Assembly (NCBI GenBank): GCA_965222375.1
Contig: CBDCTZ010000009.1
Span: 320,001-384,000 of the forward strand
Direction: 5' to 3'
Origin: Polyangiaceae bacterium
Lineage (GTDB): Bacteria; Myxococcota_A; Polyangia; Polyangiales; Polyangiaceae
DNA length: 64,000 nucleotides
In this document: one piece after another, positions 20,306 to 30,951 of the stretch
Numbering within the stretch: the first letter of the stretch is position 1
Layout of the letters: each line of letters begins with the position of its first letter
Position numbers and translations under genes: made by a program
Notes under the pieces: model-generated
The model's input: only the letters and a program-made list of their open reading frames with translations
Database searches by the model: none
Told to the model about the DNA's origin: nothing

Positions 20306-22902
20306 GTAAAGTGCGTGTGTACGAGGTCGCCCGAGATTTGGGCATGGAGAACAAGGCGTTGGTCGCGTTGTTCCAGTCCGTTGGCGTGACCGAGGTGCGC
20401 AACCACATGAGCGCAGTGGCACCGGAGCAGGTGGAGCGCGTCAAGCGTCACCTGGAGAAGCAGACTGCGCAGAAGGTGGTGGAAGAACGCATTCGACCCA
20501 CGGTGGTCAAGCGTCGCGCAGTCAAGAAGCCGAAACCCGCGCCTGCCCCGGAGGCAGCGGCATCGGCGCCACCACTGGCGGAGGCGCGTCCTGCTGCGCC
20601 CGCGCGCGTCGTGGCGCCGAAACCCGCCGCAGCGGAACCACCGCCGCCACCGCCGCCTGCTCCGGAACCTGCTCCGGCAAAAGCTGCGGCTCCCGCCGTG
20701 GTGCCGAAGGCGCCCGCCAAGACGGAGGCTCCAGCACCGGCGCCGAAAGAGCCGGAGAAGCCCGCTGCGCACGCTGCACCGGCTCCGGTTCCGCCGCCTG
20801 CGGCCGAGCCTGCGGCCAAACAGCCTGAAGCTGCTGCCGCTGCGCCTGCCGAAGCCGAGCCGGACGCACCGGCACCGCGTCCTTCCAGCCCACCCAAGAC
20901 TGGCGTGGAGGTTTGGGAGGGGCGTCCGGGCGTACCCATGCCCCAGGCGCCTCGAGGTGCACCGACACCGCGACGTGTGCAGTACGACGCCAAGGCGGGC
21001 GGCAATTTAGGAGGGCGTGGCCGAGGCCCGATGATGGGGGGTCGCATGGGCGGCCGTGGCATGCGCCATCGAGGCTTGGGATCCCTGGGCCGGGCCAAAG
21101 GCTCGGGTCAGCCGGTTACCCAAGAGCGTTCTGCCCACAAGAAGGTGGTCAAGATCGAGGAAACCATCGCGTTGCAGACCTTGGCGCAGCGCATGAGCCT
21201 CAAGGCCACGGATGTGTTGATGAAACTGATCCGCCTCGGCATGACCGGGGTCAACATCAACAGCACTTTGGATGCCGAGACCTCCAAGATCGTTGCGAAC
21301 GAGTTTGGCTGGGAGGTCGAGGACGTTGCCGTCAGTGAAGAGGACGCGCTGCTTTCCGCCCAAGGAATCGAGACGGAGGAAGAGAAGGGAAGCGAGTCCC
21401 GGCCTTCAGTCGTCACGGTGATGGGGCATGTTGACCACGGCAAGACGAGCTTGCTCGATCGGGTCCGCAAGGCCAACGTCGTCGCCGGCGAAGCGGGCGG
21501 TATCACTCAGCACATCGGCGCCTACTCCGTCGACACCAAGAACGGCAAATTGACCTTCCTGGATACCCCCGGCCACGAGGCCTTCACGGCCATGCGGGCC
21601 CGCGGAGCACAGACCACGGACGTTGTCATTCTCGTCGTGGCCGCCGACGACGGCGTGATGCCTCAGACCATTGAGGCCATCAATCACTCGAAGGCAGCCA
21701 AGGTCCCAATCGTGGTTGCCATCAACAAGTGCGACAAACCCGAAGCTCAGCCCGAGCGGGTTCGGCGCGAGCTCTCCGAGCATCAGCTGGTGCCGGAAGA
21801 GTGGGGCGGCGACACGCTTTTCTGCGAGGTGAGCGCCATGTCCGGGGAGGGCGTCGACGCCCTGCTCGAGCAGGTGGCATTGCAGGCGGAGGTTCTCGAG
21901 CTTCGGGCCAGTCCCGAAAAGCCCGCGGTGGGCGTGGTGGTCGAGGCCGAGCTCGACCGGGGCAAGGGACCCGTTGCGACCATCCTCGTACAAGATGGCA
22001 CGCTGCGCCGCGGCGACGTCATTCTTGCCGGCAGTGCCTACGGCAAGGTCCGTGCGATGCACGATGACCGGGGCCGAAATGTGGGCAGTGCTGGGCCGTC
22101 GATGCCCGTCAGTGTAATTGGTCTTTCAGAGGTGCCGGCTGCAGGCGAGCCCATGCACGCGGTTACAGATCTGAAGAAGGCACAAGAGATTGCCGGCCAG
22201 CGCAAGAACAAGGAGCGCCGGAGTGTGCTTCCGAGCAAGTCCAAGATCAGTTTGGAAGAGCTCGCCCGCGCCATGAGCGAAAACGAGCAGCTCGAGCTCA
22301 AGGCGATCGTCAAAGCGGATGTGCAGGGCTCCTTGGAGGCGCTTTCCGAGGCCCTTACCAAGCTGAGCACCGAAAAGGTGAAGGTCAGCGTGGTAAGTGG
22401 CGGGGTCGGTGCCATCACTGAAGGTGACGTCAACCTCGCTGTTGCGGCGAAGGGCATCATCATCGGCTTCAACGTGCGCCCGGCGGGTAAGGCCACGTCC
22501 CTCGCACAAAAGGAGGGCGTGGAGATTCGACAGTACTCGGTGATCTACAACGTCGTGGATGACGTGAAAGCCGCCATGGAAGGCCTGCTGGCTCCCCAGC
22601 TAGTCGAAAAAGAGCTGGGCAAAGCTCAGGTGCGGCAGACGTTCCGCATCTCCAAGGCTGGAACCATTGCCGGCTGTCTGGTGATTAGCGGGGTTGCGCG
22701 ACGCGGCGCAACGGCCCGCCTCGTGCGGGACAGCACCGTGGTCTGGACCGGCAAGGTCAGTGGCCTGAAGCGCTTCAAAGAAGATGCCCGCGAGGTCAAA
22801 GATGGCCTCGAGTGCGGCATTGGGCTCGAGGGCTACAACGACATCAAAGATGGCGACTTGATCGAGTTCTTCGAGATCGAGGAAGTGAAGCAAACCTTGT
22901 GA
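20302..22902 (+). CDS. infB: Translation initiation factor IF-2
   Basis: [20 protein letters not shown]; Pro/Ala-rich N-terminal linker. Confidence 0.99.
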   Translation: MSKVRVYEVARDLGMENKALVALFQSVGVTEVRNHMSAVAPEQVERVKRHLEKQTAQKVVEERIRPTVVKRRAVKKPKPAPAPEAAASAPPLAEARPAAPARVVAPKPAAAEPPPPPPPAPEPAPAKAAAPAVVPKAPAKTEAPAPAPKEPEKPAAHAAPAPVPPPAAEPAAKQPEAAAAAPAEAEPDAPAPRPSSPPKTGVEVWEGRPGVPMPQAPRGAPTPRRVQYDAKAGGNLGGRGRGPMMGGRMGGRGMRHRGLGSLGRAKGSGQPVTQERSAHKKVVKIEETIALQTLAQRMSLKATDVLMKLIRLGMTGVNINSTLDAETSKIVANEFGWEVEDVAVSEEDALLSAQGIETEEEKGSESRPSVVTVMGHVDHGKTSLLDRVRKANVVAGEAGGITQHIGAYSVDTKNGKLTFLDTPGHEAFTAMRARGAQTTDVVILVVAADDGVMPQTIEAINHSKAAKVPIVVAINKCDKPEAQPERVRRELSEHQLVPEEWGGDTLFCEVSAMSGEGVDALLEQVALQAEVLELRASPEKPAVGVVVEAELDRGKGPVATILVQDGTLRRGDVILAGSAYGKVRAMHDDRGRNVGSAGPSMPVSVIGLSEVPAAGEPMHAVTDLKKAQEIAGQRKNKERRSVLPSKSKISLEELARAMSENEQLELKAIVKADVQGSLEALSEALTKLSTEKVKVSVVSGGVGAITEGDVNLAVAAKGIIIGFNVRPAGKATSLAQKEGVEIRQYSVIYNVVDDVKAAMEGLLAPQLVEKELGKAQVRQTFRISKAGTIAGCLVISGVARRGATARLVRDSTVVWTGKVSGLKRFKEDAREVKDGLECGIGLEGYNDIKDGDLIEFFEIEEVKQTL

Positions 22903-22951
22903 GAGCCGACGTGCTGCTCGCCGCAGAGCGTCGTCAAACCGACAACCAGCA

Positions 22952-23395
22952 ATGTTCGTGGGCGTATTGCGCGTAGTGCTTCAGATCCCGGGGGCACGAT
23001 CCCTCAAGGATCGCCGCCAGGTCGTGAAGAGTTTCAAGGACCGCGTCCGCGCGAGGCACTCGGTGTCGATCGCCGAGGTGGGCGACGTGGAGCTGATGCA
23101 AGTGGCGACTTTGGGTGCTTGCGTGGTCAGTCGAGAAAGCCACCGCTGCCGAGAGGCACTGGAAAAGGTCCGCAGCACCGCTGCGGGGCTGGGTGACGCG
23201 GTTGTCGCCGACGCGGCAAGCGAGGTGCTGGGTTTTGGCGACGGCGGCGGACAATTGCGTGGCGGTATCGAGCAGGCGCTCCAGAGCAACATCGGAGAGT
23301 TCACAGCCGGCGCGGAAGACCTGAGCCCGGAGACCTTCGAGAAACCCTCGGAGGGTCGGACAGGTCGTCGCGGCTCGCGAGGTAGGCGGCGATGA
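22952..23395 (+). CDS. DUF503 (YlxP-like) protein
   Basis: SLKDRRQVVKS...VSIAEVG; conserved position between infB and rbfA. Confidence 0.88.
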   Translation: MFVGVLRVVLQIPGARSLKDRRQVVKSFKDRVRARHSVSIAEVGDVELMQVATLGACVVSRESHRCREALEKVRSTAAGLGDAVVADAASEVLGFGDGGGQLRGGIEQALQSNIGEFTAGAEDLSPETFEKPSEGRTGRRGSRGRRR

Positions 23396-23760
23396 GTGAA
23401 GGTCGTCGCGCAAGCCGAGTCGCGGACCTGGTTCGCAGTCACTTGGTGGAGCTGCTCAACCGAGAAATCGACGACCCGAGCCTGGCGTCCATCGTGGTCA
23501 CGGAAGTGCAGGTCCCCGACGATTTGGCAACGGCCTGGATCCAAGTTCGCCTCATGGTCGGTGACGAGGATGAGCGCGTCCGCAAGAGCGCCATGCGGGC
23601 GCTGCGCCGGTCAGCGTCGCGGCTTCGCAAACGCATTGCGCCCCGATTGGGCCTGAAGCGCGTGCCCGAACTACGCTTCAACTATGACGACGGCCACGAC
23701 AAGAAGCGCCGCGTCGAGGAACTGCTCCAGGAAATCGAATCCGAGCGCAAGGCTCCCTAA
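23392..23760 (+). CDS. rbfA: 30S ribosome-binding factor RbfA
   Basis: RRASRVAD..., LKRVPELRFNYD. Confidence 0.95.
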   Translation: MSEGRRASRVADLVRSHLVELLNREIDDPSLASIVVTEVQVPDDLATAWIQVRLMVGDEDERVRKSAMRALRRSASRLRKRIAPRLGLKRVPELRFNYDDGHDKKRRVEELLQEIESERKAP

Positions 23761-23875
23761 CCCCACCACCCTAGGGCCCACGGCGAGCGTGCGGCTCTGC
23801 GCCGCGCCGCTGGTCGCACGCTGTCAACGTTCGGGTTGCCGACCTGCACCGTGCCCGCCGGTTGTCCGCCGTGAG

Positions 23876-24799
23876 CTAGTTTCCGCAGGACGTCTTGTAG
23901 TGGATGCGTGCGCGCACTTCGTCCACGCGCACGATGATGCCGGCGGCGCAGCGCGATGCGCTGAAGCACTCGGGCCTGACCCAAACCTCGAAGTCCGCGG
24001 CATTGACAAAGGCATGGCTCAAGTTGGGCACGCTCCAGGTCTGGGTAGCGCTGCCATATACGGTCGCCTTGTCGTTGAGTTCCCACTCGGCGAATCCGAG
24101 GTTCGTTCCGACCTTCTGCTCGGCCTTGGCGAGGGTGATTGTTTCATCTCGTGCCGAGTCCCACATGGACGCACCGCGCTCGACGGACACTTCGACGCCG
24201 AGGATGGTGGCGTTCGTGGGGACGAGAAAACCGAAGTTGCCCGCCTGGAGCACCGGCGCCACGCCCATCTGTTTGAAGTTGAAGGTTGCATATTTGTTGT
24301 CGCTGGAACTGGCGGCGCTTGGCTCGACCCACCCGCCGGTTCCCAGTGAAGCTGTCGTGACGGTCTTCGCCTTTTCCCAGCCGCTGTTCGTTGTGACGGG
24401 AGTGCAGATTCCGGTGCCGCCCGTCCCGGTTCCACCCGTGCCGGTGCCTCCAGTGGCGCTGCCACCCGTCCCAGCCCCTGCGGCGCCACCAACACTCCCG
24501 GTTCCGTGTCCGCCCGTGCCCGTGCCGCCGGTTCCAGCTCCCGCGCTACCACTGCTGCCACCACTTGCCCCGCCGGCCGCCGCGCCGCCGCTGCCGATGG
24601 CGCCTCCGCTCGCCCCACCGGCGGCGGCGCCGCCGATGCCCGTACCCGCGCTGCCGGCAGAGCCACCCGCTTGGCCTGCGTTGCCAGCGGCACCGCCGCC
24701 ACCGGCGTTGAATTCACTCAAGTCTTTGGATGAGCAGGCCAAGGCCATGCACGTGCCCAGTCCCAAGCAGAATCCAACCACTGGGCGCAACCTCGCCAT
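23876..24799 (-). CDS. Lipoprotein with Gly/Thr-rich linker and beta-rich C-terminal domain
   Basis: Lipobox ALAC, GGTGT repeats, NFGFLVPTNATILGVEV. Confidence 0.78.
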   Translation of the reverse strand: MARLRPVVGFCLGLGTCMALACSSKDLSEFNAGGGGAAGNAGQAGGSAGSAGTGIGGAAAGGASGGAIGSGGAAAGGASGGSSGSAGAGTGGTGTGGHGTGSVGGAAGAGTGGSATGGTGTGGTGTGGTGICTPVTTNSGWEKAKTVTTASLGTGGWVEPSAASSSDNKYATFNFKQMGVAPVLQAGNFGFLVPTNATILGVEVSVERGASMWDSARDETITLAKAEQKVGTNLGFAEWELNDKATVYGSATQTWSVPNLSHAFVNAADFEVWVRPECFSASRCAAGIIVRVDEVRARIHYKTSCGN

Positions 24800-24907
24800 G
24801 CTGCACAGCATAGTATGTTGTGCTCGAAAGCGGCTGAGCGCCGCTGAGCTCCCGGAGTTGGGGCGGCTCGACGGTGTCGGTCGGCCGCCCCGCTGAGGTG
24901 GGGAGGC

Positions 24908-27388
24908 CTACTTCTTGCGGATCATCAGCTGGACGCGGCGATTGCGCGCCCGATTGCCAGCTGAAACGTTGGGAACCAGCGGTTTCTCTTGGCCGTAGCC
25001 CTTAGCGCTCAAGCGGTTGGAATCGACTCCCAACTTGATCAAAGCCTCACGCACAGCGTTGGCGCGCTGCTGGCTCAAGCGTTGATTGTACACCGGGGAC
25101 CCGGTGTTGTCGGTGTGGCCTTGGATTTCGAGGGACTTGATGTCCTTGCGCTTACGCATGACATCCGCAATCTCCTCGATCAAGCTCTGGGAGTCGGGCT
25201 CGATGTTGGCGGAGTCGTGGGCGAAATGCACCTTCTTACGCAGCTTCAGCTCGCGGGCCGCAACGACGACGTTGGCCTTCTTGGGTCGCTTGTTGAGGGA
25301 GATACTGGCTTTGACTTCCTCCCGGGGCTTGATTTCCAGCTCCGTCACGCTGGGAAGGTAGCCCTCGGCATCCACGGTGATCCGTGCGGCGCCCGGCGGG
25401 ACGTTTTCGAAGCGGAACGCGCCAGAGGCGTCTGCCGCGAGTTCCAGTTCGCGACCGAGCTTGTCGGTGATCTTGACTTTTGCCGTGCTGACCGGCTTAC
25501 CGTTGGCGGCGTCCATCAGCGAGCCCTGGACGTTGCCGACCTTGGGCAGCGCCTCGAGCTCACACTGCACGGTCACGATGGTCGGACCGGTGCCGCCAGC
25601 GGGCCCCGCTCCGCCTGGAGGCGTGTAGGGACCGGGCGCAGCGGGTTGCGTGTACGGGCCGGCAGGCTGACCCGGTTGTCCGTAGGGACCAGGAGGTGCT
25701 CCGTAGGGACCGGGCGGTGCTCCGGCTGGGGCGCCGTAGGGCGACCCGCCCGCTGCCGGGATGTTCGCAGTGCACTGACCCTCGCGGTAGCCGTCGGCCG
25801 TCACTTTGAAAGTGTAGGTGCCCGGATCGAGATTGATGCTGCGGAACGAGCCGGCGTCATCGGCGACCATGCCGGTGATGTTACGACCCTCGAAGCGGAT
25901 GATTGCGCCGCCGACAGGAGTGTTGGCGCCCTTCTCGATGACCGTGCCTTGCACGTATCGCTCAGGCTTGCCCGCATCGACGATGCGCTCGACCTCGACC
26001 TCCTTGGTGATCGGCTCCGGAGGCACCGTATCGAAGGCGAAGCCCGCACCGATGTAGAGGTTCCAGGGCTTCTCCGGAGCAACCTCTTCGATGAAGCTGC
26101 TGGTCGCGCCGGTGCCGATGTCGAAGGCGAGCATGAGGGACAGGCCCTCGAGGCCAGGGTTGGCACGTGCGCCGATGGTCAGGCGCGACGGGGAAGTCGA
26201 AAAACCCGAGTCGTTACCGAGGCAGCCGTCGCCCGGGAAGACTCGGCTCTCGTTGCAGACGTAGTCGCGGGTATTGATCGGCACGTCGATGTTCCACTCC
26301 GCGAAGGGGCGGATGTACTCGAAAGTGCCTTCGACACCGAGGCCTGCCTGGAAGAAGTCCACGCGGTTGATGCCAAGTCCGAATCGTTCGATGCGGGTGA
26401 TGGGGTTATCGCCACGGCGGGTCTCCACGTCTTCGACCAAGGCGCCGGATTTGTCCAACTTGTAGCCGAGGTTCACGTGAGCGCGGAATGGAACGCGGTC
26501 GGCCTCGTTCACCCGGTTGTCCAAGTCGACCGTGGCCAGGCCGCGAATGGCGAAGCTGGTTCCGCTACCGTCCAGACCGACGCCGCCGGTGCCATTGAGC
26601 AACCAGAGCTGGGCTTCGGCGCCCGCGGTGAAGATCTGATCCGGCTGGTGGGGCATGAAACCCTTGAGGCCAATGCTGGTATCGCCCAAGACCTGGAGCA
26701 GCTGAGGGCGGCCCTGATCGTTGTCCGTGGCAGATGCGTGGAATGCCACGTAGGTCTCCAGGAACGGCAGTACGGTGGCGTTGATGCCCACGTGCGCACC
26801 GATGCGGGTCACGTCGTCTTCGGCCTGGGCTGTTTCGCCGGGAGGCGCCGGGCAATCCTCGCCGTCGCAGAGGAACCCCGAGCCCGTGAAGTATTCGCTG
26901 ATGAGCGAGATCCGGAACGTGCCCGGCGCGCCGGAGCCTGCCTCCGCCAAGTGCACCAAGCCGGTGGACCCACTGAGGTTGTTTTGGAGCTTGAGTGACA
27001 TGCGACGCCAAGCACGGTCCATCTCAGGGTCGCTCATTCCGTCGCCGTCGCCTTGAGCGCTTGCACTGCCATCGGCTCCTCCACCAAGGGAAAAGCCTGC
27101 GTTGGCATCAAAGCCGCCGCCGGCGCCCTGTTGCCCAGCCGGTTGCATGCCAGGCCCGGCGGGCTGCATCCCAGGCTGTCCGGGTTGCCCGGGCTGCGGT
27201 GGTGCACCGGGTTGCGCGCCCGGTTGCGCGGGTGTACCGGGCTGCCCAACGGGGGCGCCAGGTGCAGCACCAGGCTGCGCCGCAGGGTCCCCGGCGGGTG
27301 GCGGCGGCAGCGGCTGTTGAGCCAGTGCCGTGGCAGTTGCGAATAAGGTACCGAGCAAGGAGAGTGAAGCGAGACCGGAGCTTTTCAT
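24908..27388 (-). CDS. OmpA-family outer membrane protein (beta-barrel-like region, two carboxypeptidase-regulatory-like domains, OmpA C-terminal domain)
   Basis: Signal peptide, Pro/Gln-rich linkers, IQGHTDNTG...NQRLSQQRANAV...NRRV. Confidence 0.9.
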   Translation of the reverse strand: MKSSGLASLSLLGTLFATATALAQQPLPPPPAGDPAAQPGAAPGAPVGQPGTPAQPGAQPGAPPQPGQPGQPGMQPAGPGMQPAGQQGAGGGFDANAGFSLGGGADGSASAQGDGDGMSDPEMDRAWRRMSLKLQNNLSGSTGLVHLAEAGSGAPGTFRISLISEYFTGSGFLCDGEDCPAPPGETAQAEDDVTRIGAHVGINATVLPFLETYVAFHASATDNDQGRPQLLQVLGDTSIGLKGFMPHQPDQIFTAGAEAQLWLLNGTGGVGLDGSGTSFAIRGLATVDLDNRVNEADRVPFRAHVNLGYKLDKSGALVEDVETRRGDNPITRIERFGLGINRVDFFQAGLGVEGTFEYIRPFAEWNIDVPINTRDYVCNESRVFPGDGCLGNDSGFSTSPSRLTIGARANPGLEGLSLMLAFDIGTGATSSFIEEVAPEKPWNLYIGAGFAFDTVPPEPITKEVEVERIVDAGKPERYVQGTVIEKGANTPVGGAIIRFEGRNITGMVADDAGSFRSINLDPGTYTFKVTADGYREGQCTANIPAAGGSPYGAPAGAPPGPYGAPPGPYGQPGQPAGPYTQPAAPGPYTPPGGAGPAGGTGPTIVTVQCELEALPKVGNVQGSLMDAANGKPVSTAKVKITDKLGRELELAADASGAFRFENVPPGAARITVDAEGYLPSVTELEIKPREEVKASISLNKRPKKANVVVAARELKLRKKVHFAHDSANIEPDSQSLIEEIADVMRKRKDIKSLEIQGHTDNTGSPVYNQRLSQQRANAVREALIKLGVDSNRLSAKGYGQEKPLVPNVSAGNRARNRRVQLMIRKK

Positions 27389-27595
27389 GTTCCCTCTTTA
27401 GACGTCGCAGCCAGATCCCCCGACCGACAGCGGGCGAGGCGACGCGCGGGTTTTAACACCCTTTCGCAGGTCGCCGAAGTCCGACAGCGAGCTCCGTCAG
27501 ATCCGCTCGGCCACTCGCGCGACGTCAATGAAAATACCTCAATAGTTTCAGTGGTTTATTGTCAACGACGGGTGCCCGGCGTTATGCTGCGGCTC

Positions 27596-28576
27596 GTGGC
27601 TGAGGTGCTGATTGACGTCAACAAGTTGAGCAAGACCTTCCGAATTGGGCTCTCGCGCAAGCGCGTGGACGCGGTTCGCGAGGTCAGCTTCGACGTCCGC
27701 GCTGGGGACATTTTTGGTTTCTTGGGGCCAAACGGCGCCGGCAAGACCACCACGATCAAGATGCTGACGGGACTGATCGCGCCGAGCGGGGGCAGCGCCA
27801 AGTTGTTCGACCACGCGATTCCCTCACCCCAGGCGATGGCACGCATCGGGTTCCTGCCCGAGAACCCGTACGTCTACCCCTTTCTGACTCCGACGGAGTT
27901 CGTCGAGATGTGCGGGCGACTCTCAGGCGTCAGTGGCAAGGCAGTTCGCGACCGAACGCGAAGCGTGCTTTCCCTCGTGGGGATCCTGTACGCCGCGGAT
28001 CGGCCCGTGCGTAGGTTGAGCAAGGGCATGCTGCAGCGCACCGGATTGGCGGCCGCGTTGGTGGCAGATCCGGAACTGCTCATCTTGGATGAACCCATGA
28101 GTGGCCTCGACCCCGTCGGCCGAAAGGAAGTTCGGGACCTGATCTTGGACGAGCGCAAGAACGGGCGCACCATCTTCTTTTCGACGCATATCCTCGGAGA
28201 CGTCGAAATGCTCTGCGATCGCGTAACGATCCTTCGTCAGGGGGTCGTGGTCGTGAGCGGGCACCTGGGCGACCTGCTCAAACACGATGTCAAACGAACC
28301 GATGTCACGTTGGAACACGTGGAGCCGGAGTTCGAAGCCGACTGCAAAGCGCAGGGTTTCGGCCTCCGTCGGGCGGGAAAGCACGTGATCGTGGAAATCG
28401 AGGGCAAGGCGGAGGTTGGGCACTTGCTCGCGGGTGCGGTGAAACACGGCGCGGAAGTGGTCGAAGTCACGCCTCGCCACGAAACTCTCGAGGACCTTTT
28501 CGTTCGGGAGGCCATCGAGGCGCCGAAGCCAGAGGCGCCCGCCGCCGAAGACAAGGACGCCGAGCGCGCAACGTGA
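27596..28576 (+). CDS. ABC-2-type transporter ATP-binding protein
   Basis: GPNGAGKTT, LSKGMLQR, LILDEP. Start uncertain (27584 or 27596). Confidence 0.92.
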   Translation: MAEVLIDVNKLSKTFRIGLSRKRVDAVREVSFDVRAGDIFGFLGPNGAGKTTTIKMLTGLIAPSGGSAKLFDHAIPSPQAMARIGFLPENPYVYPFLTPTEFVEMCGRLSGVSGKAVRDRTRSVLSLVGILYAADRPVRRLSKGMLQRTGLAAALVADPELLILDEPMSGLDPVGRKEVRDLILDERKNGRTIFFSTHILGDVEMLCDRVTILRQGVVVVSGHLGDLLKHDVKRTDVTLEHVEPEFEADCKAQGFGLRRAGKHVIVEIEGKAEVGHLLAGAVKHGAEVVEVTPRHETLEDLFVREAIEAPKPEAPAAEDKDAERAT

Positions 28577-28640
28577 TTGCACGTGGCTATGGCCCAAGTT
28601 GACCCGCGCGGGAGGCAGGCACCCACTTCGCCCCTGGGCT

Positions 28641-28699
28641 CACCCCTTCGGGTGTCGCCCCTTCGGGCATCGCGAAGTGCGTCACAAGCGCGTCGACCC
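28641..28699. repeat. Dispersed intergenic 59-bp repeat, copy 1
   Basis: Aligns without gaps to 49480-49538 with 7 mismatches; contains CTTCGG tetraloop-type motifs. Confidence 0.85.
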
Positions 28700-28741
28700 C
28701 AAAACAACACCACGTCCACCATGAACGCGGCCGCCTAGGAC

Positions 28742-30325
28742 TCACTTGGCTCTGCGACGACGCACGACGGCCATCACCATTTCGAGATCCGCTTTGCCTA
28801 GTTCCCTACTCGCGAGCAGCACCGCCACGTAGACCAGCGCAACCGCGGCGGAGAGCACGAGGGTCATCAGCTTTCCGGCATCTGGGAACTGCCGCCCAAC
28901 CAGAACGGCTACGGCCAGCGCGACGCCGACGCGTAGCAGGGAGACGGGCGAGACCAGAGCGCCCGCGGTCTTTCGTACCAAGAGCGCGGCGATCAGGGTC
29001 GCTAGCACCAGGCCCGCAGTGGTCGCCATGGCCGTGTTGAGCAGCATCTCGGATCCGAAGGCTCCGCCCCGTACTCGGAGGAAACAAAGGACGACGACGA
29101 GGGCGAAGGCGACACCGGTGATGGTCGCGCTGGCGCGCTCACGCTCCAGGCTGTTGAGCACGGTGACCAAGATCCCGAAAATCGCGAAGGCGCCGAAACC
29201 AAGGGTCAAGATCTGCATCGACTGGGTGCCGAGCTCCGCGGCTTCTGCCGGGAAGATGAGTCGAATCAGCGGTCCCGACAGGCCACTGGTGACACTGACC
29301 ATGAGCCCTGCGAGCACCAAGGCCAAGCGAAGCCCGGTGCGCACGTAGCGGGCGACGGCCTCCTTGTCCGCATCGTGGTGGGCCTTGGCCAGCAGGGGAA
29401 AGAGAATGAACGTGACGCTGATCAGCATCTGATAGGGCAGGAAGCAGAACAGCTGGGTTGCGCGGTAGGCGCCCACCAAGGGATCCGCGGCCTCCAACGG
29501 CATGCCAGCGGCAGCCGCGCTCTCCGAGGCGAAGGTGCGGAGCAGGGTCAGATCTGCCTGCAGTAACAAGTTGAGCAGCACCTGTCCCAAGAGCAGTGGG
29601 CCGATGAACACCAGATGTGACGAAATGCTGGTGCCGCCCTTGCCCGCGCGGCCGAGGCCGACCCACAGCACCGCCGCGAGGAAGACGGCCCCCGCCGCGA
29701 ATACGAAGCCCGACGCCGAGCCTTCGACGCCTCGGCCCGCTGACGCCAGGGCGTAGCCACCGCCGATCAAACCGACGGTGCGCAGGGTGGCGGCCAAGAT
29801 GTCCAGGGAAGCTTGGCGCAGGAATAACTTCTGTCCGTTCAACACGCCGATGAGGGGTGAGTACACGGAGTAAAACAGCATCACGCCGGCGAGGATTCGC
29901 AGCGCCGGTATGATGTGCGGCGCGCCGGTTGCCTGACCGATCGGGGCCGAGAGCAAGAAGAAGCCCAGGCCCACCACCAATGCCACCAGCCCGTGCACAC
30001 CCATCAAGCGACGCACCACTGCAGGGCGCTCGTCGTCGCTGCTCGCAGATATTGCGCGACTCATCCCCTGGATGCTGCTGGTGACGACGGGATTGTAGGC
30101 AATGCTCGCGATGCTCAATGCGCTGGACAGCGCGCCGTAGCCGGCGAGCCCCAACACGCGGGGTAGAGCGATCTGCTGAATCAACCCCAGCAGGATGAAG
30201 TAGATCTTCGCAAACGTAATCGCGAGCCCGCCTCGGCCGGCTTTGCGCGCAACGTCTGCGTCGCCCGCGCCGCTTGCGCTCGCGTCTGCGGGCTCTACGT
30301 TACGGGAGTCGGCTTCGGCACTCAC
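28742..30325 (-). CDS. MOP-superfamily (MurJ/polysaccharide-export-like) flippase
   Basis: About 14 TM helices; RVLGLAGYG, ILFPLLAK. Confidence 0.8.
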   Translation of the reverse strand: MSAEADSRNVEPADASASGAGDADVARKAGRGGLAITFAKIYFILLGLIQQIALPRVLGLAGYGALSSALSIASIAYNPVVTSSIQGMSRAISASSDDERPAVVRRLMGVHGLVALVVGLGFFLLSAPIGQATGAPHIIPALRILAGVMLFYSVYSPLIGVLNGQKLFLRQASLDILAATLRTVGLIGGGYALASAGRGVEGSASGFVFAAGAVFLAAVLWVGLGRAGKGGTSISSHLVFIGPLLLGQVLLNLLLQADLTLLRTFASESAAAAGMPLEAADPLVGAYRATQLFCFLPYQMLISVTFILFPLLAKAHHDADKEAVARYVRTGLRLALVLAGLMVSVTSGLSGPLIRLIFPAEAAELGTQSMQILTLGFGAFAIFGILVTVLNSLERERASATITGVAFALVVVLCFLRVRGGAFGSEMLLNTAMATTAGLVLATLIAALLVRKTAGALVSPVSLLRVGVALAVAVLVGRQFPDAGKLMTLVLSAAVALVYVAVLLASRELGKADLEMVMAVVRRRRAK

Positions 30326-30416
30326 GACGGCGCGCTATCGCACCTCTTGAGACGCGGCGTCAACCGCACCCGCCAGCCACGCAGCGCATTTCAGGATTTC
30401 AACCACGAGGTAAGCC

Positions 30417-30815
30417 ATGAAAGAAGGACGCTACGGATACGAGACCAAGGTGGCAAAGGGCTTCGACGAAGCGGTCGCCTGGGTCACCGAGGAACTACAA
30501 AAGGAGGGCTTCGGGGTGCTGACGACCATCGACGTGAAGGCCACCTTGAAGAAGAAGCTCGACGCCGACTTCCGGCCCTACACCATTCTCGGGGCCTGCA
30601 ATCCGAAACTGGCGCACCAGGCGCTGAGCAAGGACGCCCAGATGGGCCTGATGCTGCCCTGCAACGTCGTCGTGCAAGAAGCCGAGGGCGGAGGAGTCGA
30701 AGTCAGCGTGATCAACCCCAACGCCATGTTCGGGGTCATGGGCGATGACAGCCTCAAAGACGTGGCCAAAGAGGCCGACGAGCGGTTGCGGCGGGTCGTA
30801 AACGCTCTGTCCTGA
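30417..30815 (+). CDS. DUF302 protein
   Basis: GFGVLTTID, ILGACNP, LMLPCNVVV. Confidence 0.92.
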   Translation: MKEGRYGYETKVAKGFDEAVAWVTEELQKEGFGVLTTIDVKATLKKKLDADFRPYTILGACNPKLAHQALSKDAQMGLMLPCNVVVQEAEGGGVEVSVINPNAMFGVMGDDSLKDVAKEADERLRRVVNALS

Positions 30816-30951
30816 CGATTGTCCCTAAAGGGTTTCGTGGATCGGCCGATCTAGATCCACGTGTCGGCGGGCCTCACGTCTGGGGAGCCGAGCAGAAAGG
30901 AAGCCGCCAGCTGTGGCTTTCGAAGTGCTCGTGTGTCCCTGGAGGTGCAAA

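Noticed and set aside
24908..27388. TraB-like kin-recognition protein
   Set aside because: No TSP3 repeats and no adjacent TraA-like gene; called a generic OmpA-family protein.
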